A stretch of DNA of 64,000 nucleotides from an uncultured Gammaproteobacteria bacterium. Its GTDB lineage: Bacteria; Patescibacteriota; Microgenomatia; UBA10105; UBA927. The position numbers were made by a program, and so were the translations under genes. Shown here one piece after another: positions 1-10,245 of this stretch (the first letter of the stretch is position 1; each line of letters opens with the position of its first letter). The DNA lies in assembly GCA_964629685.1 (NCBI GenBank), contig CAZVTT010000002.1:120039-184038 (forward strand). Direction: 5' to 3'. Under the pieces are notes generated by a model. It made no database searches. It was not told the origin of the DNA and was given only the letters and a program-made list of their open reading frames with translations.

Positions 1-1
1 G

Positions 2-526
2 GGACCTGGATTCGCCGACAGAGTTTTGGAAATTGATATTCATGATGCATCACTCGTCATACTGGCGCCGGCGGTATTGGGTATTATTATCGGTTCACTC
101 TGGGTAGGTACGTACGGCTTGCGGTTTAACAGTAAGCGGATGATCAGTACCGGTGTATTTTCCGGAGGCGTATTCCTTATCCTTATTTCATTACTATTAC
201 GGGTTGACAATACTCCCGCATTAAGCTGGATATTTAATCAATCCGTTATAATACCGTTGGCGTTACTATTATTTTTCCTGTTGGGAGTTTCAAATAGTTT
301 TCTGGATGTACCCGCAAACAGCACCTTACAGCGGGAAGCAGACGGAAACATGCGCGGTAGGATATACGGTATACTCACGGCTGCGGTGGGAGGTATAGGA
401 GTGCTACCCGTAGTTGCCGGTGGAATATTGGCAGACGTTCTGGGCGTCGGAAGGGTTCTTTTTTTGCTCGGTGTTGTTATACTGATGTATGGAGTTTTAC
501 GGTTAAGAACATCCAAAAGAGTATAG
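2..526 (+). CDS. Membrane transporter, C-terminal portion (MFS-like), 5' end cut by window edge
   Basis: Reading frame is open to the window start. Hydrophobic multi-TM sequence with G-rich helices typical of MFS C-terminal halves. Seen in sequence, weak family assignment. Confidence 0.35.
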   Translation, partial: GPGFADRVLEIDIHDASLVILAPAVLGIIIGSLWVGTYGLRFNSKRMISTGVFSGGVFLILISLLLRVDNTPALSWIFNQSVIIPLALLLFFLLGVSNSFLDVPANSTLQREADGNMRGRIYGILTAAVGGIGVLPVVAGGILADVLGVGRVLFLLGVVILMYGVLRLRTSKRV

Positions 527-529
527 TAT

Positions 530-1387
530 ATGTTTCCTGTTTTATTATCGGTAGGACCATTAAATATATTTAGTTTTAGTATATTTCTCATCGTTGCGTG
601 GCTCACGTATTCATTTGTGTTTTGGCGGATGCTCCGGTCACAGGGCGTGGACGAAGAGAAGATTTTTGATTTAACCTTTTATAGTACTGTTGCAGGTCTG
701 ATATTTTCCCGGATCGGATTTGTCGTTCAGAACTTACAGTTATTCGATAATCTGTTAAAGGTCGCAGCCATATGGATTGTTCCGGGTTTATCCCTATATG
801 GCGGGTTCTTCGGTGCAGTAGCGGCGCTGGTATTATTCTGTCGCCGACATAAAGTAAGATTGGCGTATATCTTGGACGCGTTGGCCTTCGCACTTCCGTA
901 CGCGTTAATTTTCGGGGAAATAGGCTCCTTGTTGGATGGTACTGAAATAGGTTTACCGACATCCTTACCCTGGGGAATATCGTATATTGGGTTCTTGGAA
1001 AAAAGACATCCCGTGCAGCTCTATGAAATTATTGCACTCGTGCTCATTATCATTGTGCTGTCGCTCATGGCCAGACGTGCCAAAAAAAGGAATTGGGCGT
1101 ATGGAATTATCGGTGTCTGGTTTTTTCTTTTTTACAGTGCCGTAATGTTTTGTATTGAATCGTTTAAAGTCGGTAGTGTATACTTTGTGTCACTCTCAGT
1201 AAATCAGTGGATTATTATTGCAGTTTTTGCCGAATCGTTGGGTGCGCTCTATGTCAGAGGAGGGGGTAAACAACGTTTCGCTGCTATTGTTCGTTCGTTA
1301 CAAGGAGGATTATCTTATGCACGTCATCGATCCCGCACACATACAAACCATCCGGACAAAACTGGAGACGGACCTAAAGCGCCTTAA
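530..1387 (+). CDS. lgt: Prolipoprotein diacylglyceryl transferase (Lgt)-like polytopic membrane protein
   Basis: Multi-TM protein with Lgt-like Gly-rich segments (LSLYGGFFGAVAAL, FGEIGSLLDG) and Lgt-typical size. The 3' end overlaps the next gene by ~70 nt, so the true stop and start are uncertain. Confidence 0.5.
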   Translation: MFPVLLSVGPLNIFSFSIFLIVAWLTYSFVFWRMLRSQGVDEEKIFDLTFYSTVAGLIFSRIGFVVQNLQLFDNLLKVAAIWIVPGLSLYGGFFGAVAALVLFCRRHKVRLAYILDALAFALPYALIFGEIGSLLDGTEIGLPTSLPWGISYIGFLEKRHPVQLYEIIALVLIIIVLSLMARRAKKRNWAYGIIGVWFFLFYSAVMFCIESFKVGSVYFVSLSVNQWIIIAVFAESLGALYVRGGGKQRFAAIVRSLQGGLSYARHRSRTHTNHPDKTGDGPKAP

Positions 1388-1685
1388 AGAACGGATTTCC
1401 GAACTTCGACTGCAGGACCCTTTCATGAATTCCGATAGAGTAAATGATAATGCCGATAATGGTACCGAAGCCAGTGAGGAATCAGATCATGACCGCGTCA
1501 CCGCTTTACTATCCGAATTGGAAGACCATGAGGCGTCCGTAACCGCTGCTTTGGCAGCAATAGAAGCAGGTACCTACGGAACCTGCAAATCGTGCCAGAA
1601 ACCAATAGAAATTGACCGACTGTTGGCTAATCCCACCACCATGCTTTGTCTGTCATGTGAACAAAAACGGGAACAGCATTCATGA
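1317..1685 (+). CDS. DksA/TraR-family C4-type zinc-finger protein
   Basis: C-terminal CxxC-N17-CxxC (CKSCQKPIEIDRLLANPTTMLCLSCE) with an acidic coiled-coil N-terminus. AGGAGG sits 8 nt upstream of the ATG at 1317. Confidence 0.7.
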   Translation: MHVIDPAHIQTIRTKLETDLKRLKERISELRLQDPFMNSDRVNDNADNGTEASEESDHDRVTALLSELEDHEASVTAALAAIEAGTYGTCKSCQKPIEIDRLLANPTTMLCLSCEQKREQHS

Positions 1686-2431
1686 GTTTTGTTATCCTCT
1701 ACGAAGATACCGACGTTCTCGCGATAGATAAACCGCCGGGTGTGGTCGTGAATAATGCGGACTCCGTAAAAGTCCCGACTGTACAGGATTGGGCTGCCGA
1801 AACGTTAAAAATTAAGCCGGGTGAACAGACCAGCGAGGAAGACCGGGAGTTTTTTGAGCGGGCAGGTATAGTACACCGTATAGATAAGGAAACTTCCGGT
1901 ATATTACTCGTCGCTAAAAATCCGGCTGCGTTTCGTGAACTCCAGCGACAGTTTAAAGCCAGGGAAATAGAAAAAACATATTTGGCGGTGGCACACGGCA
2001 GGATTGTTCCTGAGAGCGGAGAAATTAACGCCCCCGTGGGCAGACTACCATGGAATAGGGAACGATTTGGTATTGTGCCGGACGGCAAAGAAGCTCAAAC
2101 ATTCTATCGGGTAATTGCGCATGTAGAGCGGATTGAAGACAAAGAATTATTGGCGATGTCACTGGTCGAATTAAAGCCAAAGACCGGAAGGACTCATCAA
2201 ATCCGCGTCCATCTGAAATATATAAATCACCCCATTGTCGGTGATTTTCTTTATGCCGGAAGGATTACCAGCCGGAATGACCGGGAATGGGCACCCCGGG
2301 TAATGTTACACGCCTGGAAGATTACTTTCGCGTCGCCGGCGGATAAGCATATGATATCTGTAACCGCTCCCATGCCTGGAGATATTGCAGAAGTTGTAGG
2401 AGACAGCAATAATAGAACCGGGGAATCTTAG
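1682..2431 (+). CDS. RluA-family pseudouridine synthase
   Basis: HRIDKETSGILL catalytic Asp motif, KTYLAVAHG, and RTHQIRVHL. ATGA overlap with the upstream stop. Confidence 0.85.
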   Translation: MSFVILYEDTDVLAIDKPPGVVVNNADSVKVPTVQDWAAETLKIKPGEQTSEEDREFFERAGIVHRIDKETSGILLVAKNPAAFRELQRQFKAREIEKTYLAVAHGRIVPESGEINAPVGRLPWNRERFGIVPDGKEAQTFYRVIAHVERIEDKELLAMSLVELKPKTGRTHQIRVHLKYINHPIVGDFLYAGRITSRNDREWAPRVMLHAWKITFASPADKHMISVTAPMPGDIAEVVGDSNNRTGES

Positions 2432-2455
2432 GTTCTGTGCCTGGTTTTAACTACC

Positions 2456-4168
2456 GTGGAGAGTATTCTCATTATTAATACGTTTGTTTTGGTTTTTTTG
2501 TCCGCAATTTTGGGCGGACTTCTGGCATATCGATTCCGTTTCCCGATGTTAATCGGATATATTGCAGCCGGAATGTTGTTCGGGAACGTATTTTTACGGT
2601 TTACCAACAGAGAATTGTTACAGATTGTTGCGGATGTGGGTGTAACCCTATTGTTGTTTACATTGGGGATAGAGTTCTCTTTTCACCGGCTGCGGCATGT
2701 GCTGAAAAATATAGGACCAGTGGCTATGCTGCAGGTGGTCGTTTCCATCATGGCATTCTCGGTTCTGTTCTTTCTGGCTGCGTTTAATTTCCCCCAGGCA
2801 CTCTTTTTGGCAACGGTGGCGTCCTTATCTTCAACTGCAGTAGCCGTAAAAATTCTTTCTGAAAAAGGGGAATTGGACTCCGTTCCCGGAGAAGTACTTA
2901 CGGGTTGGCTGATTGTGCAGGATCTGGCGGTTATTCCCATCATGGTTTTATTGCCCACCATTTCAGCAATAGGTGGTGCCACATGGTCTTGGATTATTCC
3001 ACTGCTCATGAGTTTAGCAAAGGCGGGAATATATATCGGAGCGATCATCGGCCTAGGCAGGTTTGGCGTGCCGCTGCTGCTAAATTGGATTGCGGCATTT
3101 AAAAGCCGGGAATTACTGCTGCTCACCACTGTGGGAGTAGTGTTTTTAGCGGCAGTTACCAGCTATGCCATGGGGCTTTCCGCAGGGTTGGGCGCATTTA
3201 TTGCCGGGCTACTTATCGCGGAAACCAGTCAGAATCATGCAATTTTTGCTGAAGTCAGACCGCTGCGGGATGTGTTTGCCGTAGTATTTTTTGTAACGTT
3301 AGGTATGACTATTCCGGCAGCTTTTTTTCTGAATCACGCGCTGATTTTGAGTTTAGCGGTGCTTACGGTACTCGGCATAAAGTTTATTGTGACTTATTTT
3401 TTAACCCGGAGCCGAAAATATCATCCCAAAACGTCATTTATCGTGGCGCTTGGTTTGCTACCGGTGAGCGAATTCGGTTTCTTAATTGCCAGAGAAGGTT
3501 TACAGCGCGGTATCCTGACTCAGGATGATTATTTTTTGGCCGTGGCGGTAACGTTTATTTCTTTGATTATCGGCGCACCGCTCTTAACAAACGGACAAAA
3601 TCTCTATTACCATTTATTCCGTACCGTACGGGAAAAGCTTCCGCACCTTTTTCCCGTCTCGCTTCCCAAAGTGTCAGATGATGCGGTAGCACCGCTGCAG
3701 GGGCACGTAGTTCTATTAGGATATGGTAGGGTCGGTAAGTACATCGGACGGGCATTGAGTCTCTCCGGTATTCCTTTTCTGGTAGTGGATTTTAATCACG
3801 CGACGGTAGCTAAGCTCATCCGTGAAGGGCAACAGGTTATTTATGGTGATCCTGCAGATACGGCAGTATTGGCGCATGCGAATATTCCATTAGCACGGGC
3901 GGTGGTAATTACCATTCCCGACCGGCATACCCAAGAGCTCGTAGTGACCAATGTATTGACGTTAAATCAACATATTTCCATTATCTGTCGTACTCATCAT
4001 GAAGAAGATCAGCGCCGTTTAAAGTCATTAGGCGTGACGACAATCGTTCAACCGGAATTTGAAGCGTCACTGTCGATTACGAACCGACTGCTAGCGGCCA
4101 GTGGATTGTCCGAATCAGAAATCCAGGGAAAAATCAGTCGTCTGAAAATTGAACACGGGTTGGGCTAA
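2456..4168 (+). CDS. Kef-type monovalent cation:proton antiporter (CPA2) with C-terminal RCK/TrkA-N domain
   Basis: About 12 TM N-terminal Na+/H+ exchanger-like region, then a Rossmann GxGxxG motif (VVLLGYGRVGKYIG) typical of KefB/KefC RCK domains. Confidence 0.8.
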   Translation: MESILIINTFVLVFLSAILGGLLAYRFRFPMLIGYIAAGMLFGNVFLRFTNRELLQIVADVGVTLLLFTLGIEFSFHRLRHVLKNIGPVAMLQVVVSIMAFSVLFFLAAFNFPQALFLATVASLSSTAVAVKILSEKGELDSVPGEVLTGWLIVQDLAVIPIMVLLPTISAIGGATWSWIIPLLMSLAKAGIYIGAIIGLGRFGVPLLLNWIAAFKSRELLLLTTVGVVFLAAVTSYAMGLSAGLGAFIAGLLIAETSQNHAIFAEVRPLRDVFAVVFFVTLGMTIPAAFFLNHALILSLAVLTVLGIKFIVTYFLTRSRKYHPKTSFIVALGLLPVSEFGFLIAREGLQRGILTQDDYFLAVAVTFISLIIGAPLLTNGQNLYYHLFRTVREKLPHLFPVSLPKVSDDAVAPLQGHVVLLGYGRVGKYIGRALSLSGIPFLVVDFNHATVAKLIREGQQVIYGDPADTAVLAHANIPLARAVVITIPDRHTQELVVTNVLTLNQHISIICRTHHEEDQRRLKSLGVTTIVQPEFEASLSITNRLLAASGLSESEIQGKISRLKIEHGLG

Positions 4169-5419
<1,251 letters not shown>

Positions 5420-5440
5420 GAACAGTGTGAAGGGAGGATC

Positions 5441-5590
5441 ATGGGATCATTTAGTGGATTTTACAAGGGCGAAAAGAAAAAAATGAAGAAAACGGAACTG
5501 GAGAAAAAAGCCCAAAAGCAATTGGGAAGTAGCGGCTCCTGGCAAATGCCTCAAGTGGAGATCATCAAAAAAGGGAAAAAAGAAGATTAA
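5441..5590 (+). CDS. Small Lys-rich protein (49 aa), unlisted in ORF track
   Basis: ATG at 5441 with GGGAGG 6 nt upstream. Stop TAA at 5588-5590 is followed 2 nt later by the next gene's ATG. Sequence: MGSFSGFYKGEKKKMKKTELEKKAQKQLGSSGSWQMPQVEIIKKGKKED. Confidence 0.45.
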   Translation: MGSFSGFYKGEKKKMKKTELEKKAQKQLGSSGSWQMPQVEIIKKGKKED

Positions 5591-5592
5591 TA

Positions 5593-6564
5593 ATGAGACG
5601 AACTCAGCTGCCCCGTCAACCGCGGAAAAAGTGGTACCGTGTGGTGTTTCTCGCCGGTATTATTGTACTTATTCTTGCGTTGCTGTTCCGCTGGGTGGCT
5701 CCCCGCACTGCCGATTTACCATTACGTGCCAGTATCCTGATTTTGGATTCCGATATCTTTCGGGTTATTTCCTGGGATCGGACAAACAACAGGTACATCG
5801 TCGTTTCCATTCCCGTTACAACCACAGTCTCCGGTACCCGCGGATACGGTACGTACAGTCTGGAATCGCTCTGGAAATTGGATAGACTTGACCATCACAA
5901 AGGACAGCTGGTTAAGGAATCGGTGGAAGAAACACTCGGTATTCCGGTGCAATACTACATCGTTAGCCAGACGGGTGTTCCTGCTGCCACTTCTGCCATG
6001 GATACACTCAAGTCCATCCTATCGTATGGCAAATTATTTCAGGTAGCCAGAAAAGGGGTAGAAACAGATATTCCCGTTTCTGCTTTTTCGGCTTTCGTTT
6101 TTGCGGCACGCGATATATCGTTTGGAGATGTAAAAATGTTGGAAATTCCTAAAACCAGTGTGCTTGTACCGCAGAATCGTGCCGACGGTAGTGAGCAGAT
6201 AATATTTGATGTACAAAGATTTGACGCGATAATCGGTACCTTATTCGAGTTGCTGCCGATCCGTAATGAACGGTTAACGGTAACGGTTTCCAATACTACC
6301 GGTGTTCCCGCATTGGGAACACGCGCTTCGCGTCTGCTTAGTCATTTAGGAGTATTAGTAGTCTCCGTCGGCAACGAAACTCCTTTGCTCGACCAGTGTG
6401 AACTCCGAGGAAGAGAGGAAACCTTGCAGTCAGAAACGGCAAAACTTATACAGAGGACACTTCAATGTAAACCGGTAACGGTGCCACAAATGGGTACTAC
6501 CGATTTTGACGTAAGAGTGGGGAAGTCGTATCAACGGCGGTTTGAACCTGCCGAAACAAAATAA
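5593..6564 (+). CDS. LytR-CpsA-Psr (LCP)-family cell-envelope phosphotransferase-like protein
   Basis: N-terminal TM anchor followed by an LCP-like core (ILILDSD..VVSIP..GxGxYxL...VEETLGIPVQYYIV). Assignment from pattern memory. Confidence 0.5.
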   Translation: MRRTQLPRQPRKKWYRVVFLAGIIVLILALLFRWVAPRTADLPLRASILILDSDIFRVISWDRTNNRYIVVSIPVTTTVSGTRGYGTYSLESLWKLDRLDHHKGQLVKESVEETLGIPVQYYIVSQTGVPAATSAMDTLKSILSYGKLFQVARKGVETDIPVSAFSAFVFAARDISFGDVKMLEIPKTSVLVPQNRADGSEQIIFDVQRFDAIIGTLFELLPIRNERLTVTVSNTTGVPALGTRASRLLSHLGVLVVSVGNETPLLDQCELRGREETLQSETAKLIQRTLQCKPVTVPQMGTTDFDVRVGKSYQRRFEPAETK

Positions 6565-6565
6565 G

Positions 6566-7327
6566 TTATTCTTCCGTGTGTTCCGGTTCAGCGTCTTCCG
6601 TATCTTCACCTGTGGGGGTTGTGTCCGGTTTTTCTGTGTAGCTGTCTTCTGATCGTGCGTATGGACTGTATGAAGAAATGGTAATAAACGACGGTTGGTT
6701 GGCAAAGTGTTTTCCGCGGGCTACCTCCCGGAGAAAAACTATTAATGAATTCTTTCCTACCGATTTTACAAAAGCCCGATATTGATTGCCACCCTCGATA
6801 AATTTAATGAGTTTAAACGACAAATCGTCCGGTAATGCGCCTAAATATGTATTTTTTTCGTCACGCAATTCTACGCAGTGTTTTTTAGCTTTCAGAAATA
6901 CTTCTTCGCCGCTGTAGAGAGTAGCGATAACATTTCCCGGTGCTAAATTTATACAGCCTGCTATTTTCGTTCTGCCGGGTTCTTCCAAAAACATCATGGG
7001 GGATAGCGGTCCTGATCCGGAAGAGATAAGATCCTTTTGTTTTACCGTGGATAGCTTTTTTAGATTTTTCAGTGCAATTTGGTTATACTCGTCCAGTTCC
7101 AGAACCCGCTGATACGTTTTTTTTGCCTGACTGATTTGTCCTGAGCTCATGTAGGCAAAGCCGAGACGATTTAATGCGTCTATGCTGTTATTGTCCTGCT
7201 CAAGAAGTATGAGGTTAATCCTGATAGCTTCCGGCCAGTCTTGTTTTAATGCACATGCGATTGCGTCATCGCTGGATTGCTGAGCGCTCATGACCAAAAA
7301 GTGTATCGTTTTCTTGAGAAAAGTCAA
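6566..7327 (-). CDS. TPR-repeat protein with unknown C-terminal domain and acidic tail
   Basis: The N-terminal ~100 aa are TPR-like helices. The C-terminal 25 aa are Asp/Glu/Thr-rich. The listed start is TTG and an internal ATG (MSAQQ) at 7291 is possible. Confidence 0.4.
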   Translation of the reverse strand: MTFLKKTIHFLVMSAQQSSDDAIACALKQDWPEAIRINLILLEQDNNSIDALNRLGFAYMSSGQISQAKKTYQRVLELDEYNQIALKNLKKLSTVKQKDLISSGSGPLSPMMFLEEPGRTKIAGCINLAPGNVIATLYSGEEVFLKAKKHCVELRDEKNTYLGALPDDLSFKLIKFIEGGNQYRAFVKSVGKNSLIVFLREVARGKHFANQPSFITISSYSPYARSEDSYTEKPDTTPTGEDTEDAEPEHTEE

Positions 7328-7418
7328 GAAGGGAAGTACAATAGGCGAGGAAGTAAAAATAGGATATCAGCACGTCATAAAGCCAAAAATATCCCAATTT
7401 GGAGTAAAGGAGAAATGT

Positions 7419-8141
7419 ATGTCAGGACACTCGAAATGGTCAAAAGTAAAACATCAGAAGGCAACAACCGATGTCGTAAAGGCTGCAGCATTTACGAAAG
7501 CCAGTCGTGGTATTACTTTAGCGGTCCGCGAGGGTGGTTTAGTTACTGACCCTACTATGAATTTTCGTTTGCGGCTGGCTATAGAGAAAGCCAAACAAGT
7601 AAACATGCCGAAAGAAAATATCGAGCGGGCCATTGCTAAAGCCCGCGGCGAAGGAAACGTAATTATTGAACAAATTATGTATGAAGGGTATGGTCCTCAT
7701 GGGGTTGCGTTTATGGTCGAAGCAGCGACGGATAACCGCCAGCGGACGGTTTCTGCAGTAAAAAATATATTTGATCGGCACGGTGGCACGATGGGTGGTG
7801 TGGGTGCAGTTGCATACCTGTTTAAGCGTGTCGGTATTATCGTCGTACCGAAAACATCCGAATTAACGTTTGATATGATAATGGAACGCGCTCTGACTGC
7901 AGGGGCAGACGATGTCATCGATAGGGAAGATGTGTTTGAAATTTTTACTGAGGTTAGCGCACTCATGAATGTAAAACAATCGTTAGAAATGCAGAATGTG
8001 GTAATCGACAACGCGGAAATAATTATGCATCCACTCACGCCGATGTCGGTTTCAGAAGATAACCAATCGGCAATAACAGCACTCGAGGATGCCCTGAGCG
8101 AGTTGGACGATATTCAAAGGGTGTATACAAATGCGCAATAA
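7419..8141 (+). CDS. YebC/PmpR-family transcriptional regulator
   Basis: MSGHSKWSKVKHQKA N-terminus is diagnostic of YebC. AAAGGAG sits upstream of the ATG at 7419. The listed ORF start at 7290 is an upstream in-frame extension. Confidence 0.85.
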   Translation: MSGHSKWSKVKHQKATTDVVKAAAFTKASRGITLAVREGGLVTDPTMNFRLRLAIEKAKQVNMPKENIERAIAKARGEGNVIIEQIMYEGYGPHGVAFMVEAATDNRQRTVSAVKNIFDRHGGTMGGVGAVAYLFKRVGIIVVPKTSELTFDMIMERALTAGADDVIDREDVFEIFTEVSALMNVKQSLEMQNVVIDNAEIIMHPLTPMSVSEDNQSAITALEDALSELDDIQRVYTNAQ

Positions 8142-8147
8142 TTAATT

Positions 8148-8990
8148 ATGGCTAATGGTTTTCAAATTACGCGGCCGATGCAAAAGCGTTTTCTGAAATT
8201 GGGAAAGCGGTTTTCATTAACAAAACGTCAACAATTTGTCACCGTAACCTTGTTGCTTACCATGGGGTTACTATTAACGCAGCTGGTGGCACATGAATTG
8301 CGGTATCCAATGGTAGCGTTTCTGTTCGGAATGTCGTTCTTTTTGTCGGCGTTTGCCATGAGGGATGGATTAAAGGGGATTGAGTGGATTACGTTGTTAA
8401 CCTTACCGGCTACGTTTACCGCTGCCATGGCATTGTTCTATTTTTTACTTCCGGTACGGTGGCTGACGCGGATACCGGTGGTGTTATTTTACGGTGTAGG
8501 AATGTATGCGCTGCTGCTTACGGAGAATATATACAACGTCGCAGCTGAACGCAGCATAGCACTATTACGTGCGGCTCATACCATAGGTTTTTTACTTACG
8601 CTGGTGACCTATTTTTTGCTGATTCAGACAATTCTGGCTTTTCGTTTTAACGCGTTTGTAAACGCAGGTATTATCGGTGTGTTAAGTATGGTGTTAATTT
8701 TTCAGGTGTTGTGGTCCATGGAGTTGTCGGAGAAGGTGAGTAGTAGACTTTGGACTATTGTAGCAAGCTTAACGCTTGTTTTTACCCAGATTTCCTGGGT
8801 ATTTTCGTTCTGGCCGGTTCAGCCTACCATCCAGGCTCTGTTTCTGACTACATGCTTTTATACCATTGTTGGTATGGCTCAGCAGTATCTTGTAGAACGG
8901 TTATACCGCAAAAACGTTATTGAATTCTTTGTTGTTACGCTCGTCGTATTTGTGTTGGTGATCTTCGCAACCAACTGGCGTGGAACATAA
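8148..8990 (+). CDS. Polytopic membrane protein, unknown function
   Basis: About 8 predicted hydrophobic helices. No recognisable motif. Confidence 0.4.
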   Translation: MANGFQITRPMQKRFLKLGKRFSLTKRQQFVTVTLLLTMGLLLTQLVAHELRYPMVAFLFGMSFFLSAFAMRDGLKGIEWITLLTLPATFTAAMALFYFLLPVRWLTRIPVVLFYGVGMYALLLTENIYNVAAERSIALLRAAHTIGFLLTLVTYFLLIQTILAFRFNAFVNAGIIGVLSMVLIFQVLWSMELSEKVSSRLWTIVASLTLVFTQISWVFSFWPVQPTIQALFLTTCFYTIVGMAQQYLVERLYRKNVIEFFVVTLVVFVLVIFATNWRGT

Positions 8991-10245
8991 AAAAAAGGCA
9001 TATTTGAGGCGGGGAAGAGGAATGGGTGATATAGTTTGATACAGTTACTTTTGTGGCCTATAGTAAGCCTATAGTAGATGTGGATAAAAGTTTTCACGAT
9101 ATATCCTATAGTTTTTTCACATAACGGTTTTTAGCCTCAATATTGTCTGTCTTGGTTCGCTGACGTACACTTGGTATAGTGGAGCAGAACGAGGTTAATA
9201 TTCACATGCAGACCGTTACTACGCTCTAAACCCCTACATAAGTACATACATTGGAAATTATACTTTAGCCACAAAAATATATCTATAGAGCGTATTAATG
9301 CTCTAAATACGACATTTTCAGTCTGATTTGCTAGCTTAGCAGCGCGACTGCTAATTAACTACGCTCAGAAGTCTGTGTTGCCGGTTATTTTTTACCATTT
9401 CGGCACGGGATAGCGCATAGTACGTTAGGGTAAATATCTACTAACGGTACACACCTCCTCCACAATAAGGCTATATATTATGGTAACGTAAATAGCCTCA
9501 ATAATTATAAAATATCCCGCTATTATGCTCCAAATACGCATTAATTTATGACGGTGAAATGTGTTCATTTTATGCTACAAATAGCCTCAAAAAGTGCAAA
9601 ATGGATTGATATTAGGCTCCAAATTAACTTACAAAAAAGAACCCGAAAGGCGGTTTACAGGGGTTCCGGTCTTCCCGGAGTAAGGGCATAAACCATCCGT
9701 TTTAATCACGCCGTATGGAGATGCCGGGTGATAGCACGTTTTTACAATTATTGGTGACAGTCGACTAAAACCGAGTGCCCTTATTCTCTCATCAAGTATG
9801 TACTCAATTTTTTGCTTATACGTTTCCGTAAAAAAATGAGTACCGGGTGGCTGGGGATAAAATGACTATAATGTCGCACAATAATACTTTTGCGACGTGT
9901 CTAGCCTCGGATCGGGAGAGACCCAGGCTTTTGGACATACATCCCATTGTTATCATTTGTGTCGTTATAACGGTGTTTATTTTGTATTACGTACCATTCG
10001 TTATGCTGTTACTGCTGTTCATTTACCTGCCGCTTGAACACCAGTTTTTTACGGATCAGGCCCGACTGCATTTTTGTTACGGGTACTCAGCCGGTTTTCC
10101 GCTTTATTACCAAAAACGGTAAAAAATAGGTATATTTAAAGGCACTAAAGTAAATTAGATGACTATATATAGTGTACATGGGCTTTTCAGCCGTTTTAGG
10201 GGCATTACAGGGGCTTGTAGCCACACGGTATGGGGTTGGTTTTGC
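8991..10245. repeat. 1.25-kb AT-rich non-coding island with at least 7 same-orientation copies of a ~13-nt motif (consensus approx. WKGCYCYAAATA) and a tandem GCCTATAGTA duplication
   Basis: Motif copies at about 9123, 9221, 9297, 9490, 9521, 9570 (double) and 9611. The tandem GCCTATAGTA duplication is at 9056-9078. One perfect DnaA-box complement, TGTGGATAA, lies at 9080. All seen in sequence. Confidence 0.5.

Noticed and set aside
238-3129. Minus-strand ORFs 238-606, 603-962, 1699-2088 and 2683-3129
   Set aside because: They are antisense to the transporter, lgt, rluA-like and kef genes and have no independent signals.
9080-9088. Perfect DnaA-box complement (TGTGGATAA) in the AT-rich island, suggesting oriC
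   Set aside because: It is a single box with no additional close matches. There is no dnaA or dnaN nearby, and gyrB/gyrA lie 10 kb away in another context. A replication origin cannot be supported from one 9-mer.
9847-10122. 91-aa ORF inside the non-coding island
   Set aside because: No RBS, an odd hydrophobic low-complexity composition, and it overlaps the repeat-rich DNA. It is probably spurious.
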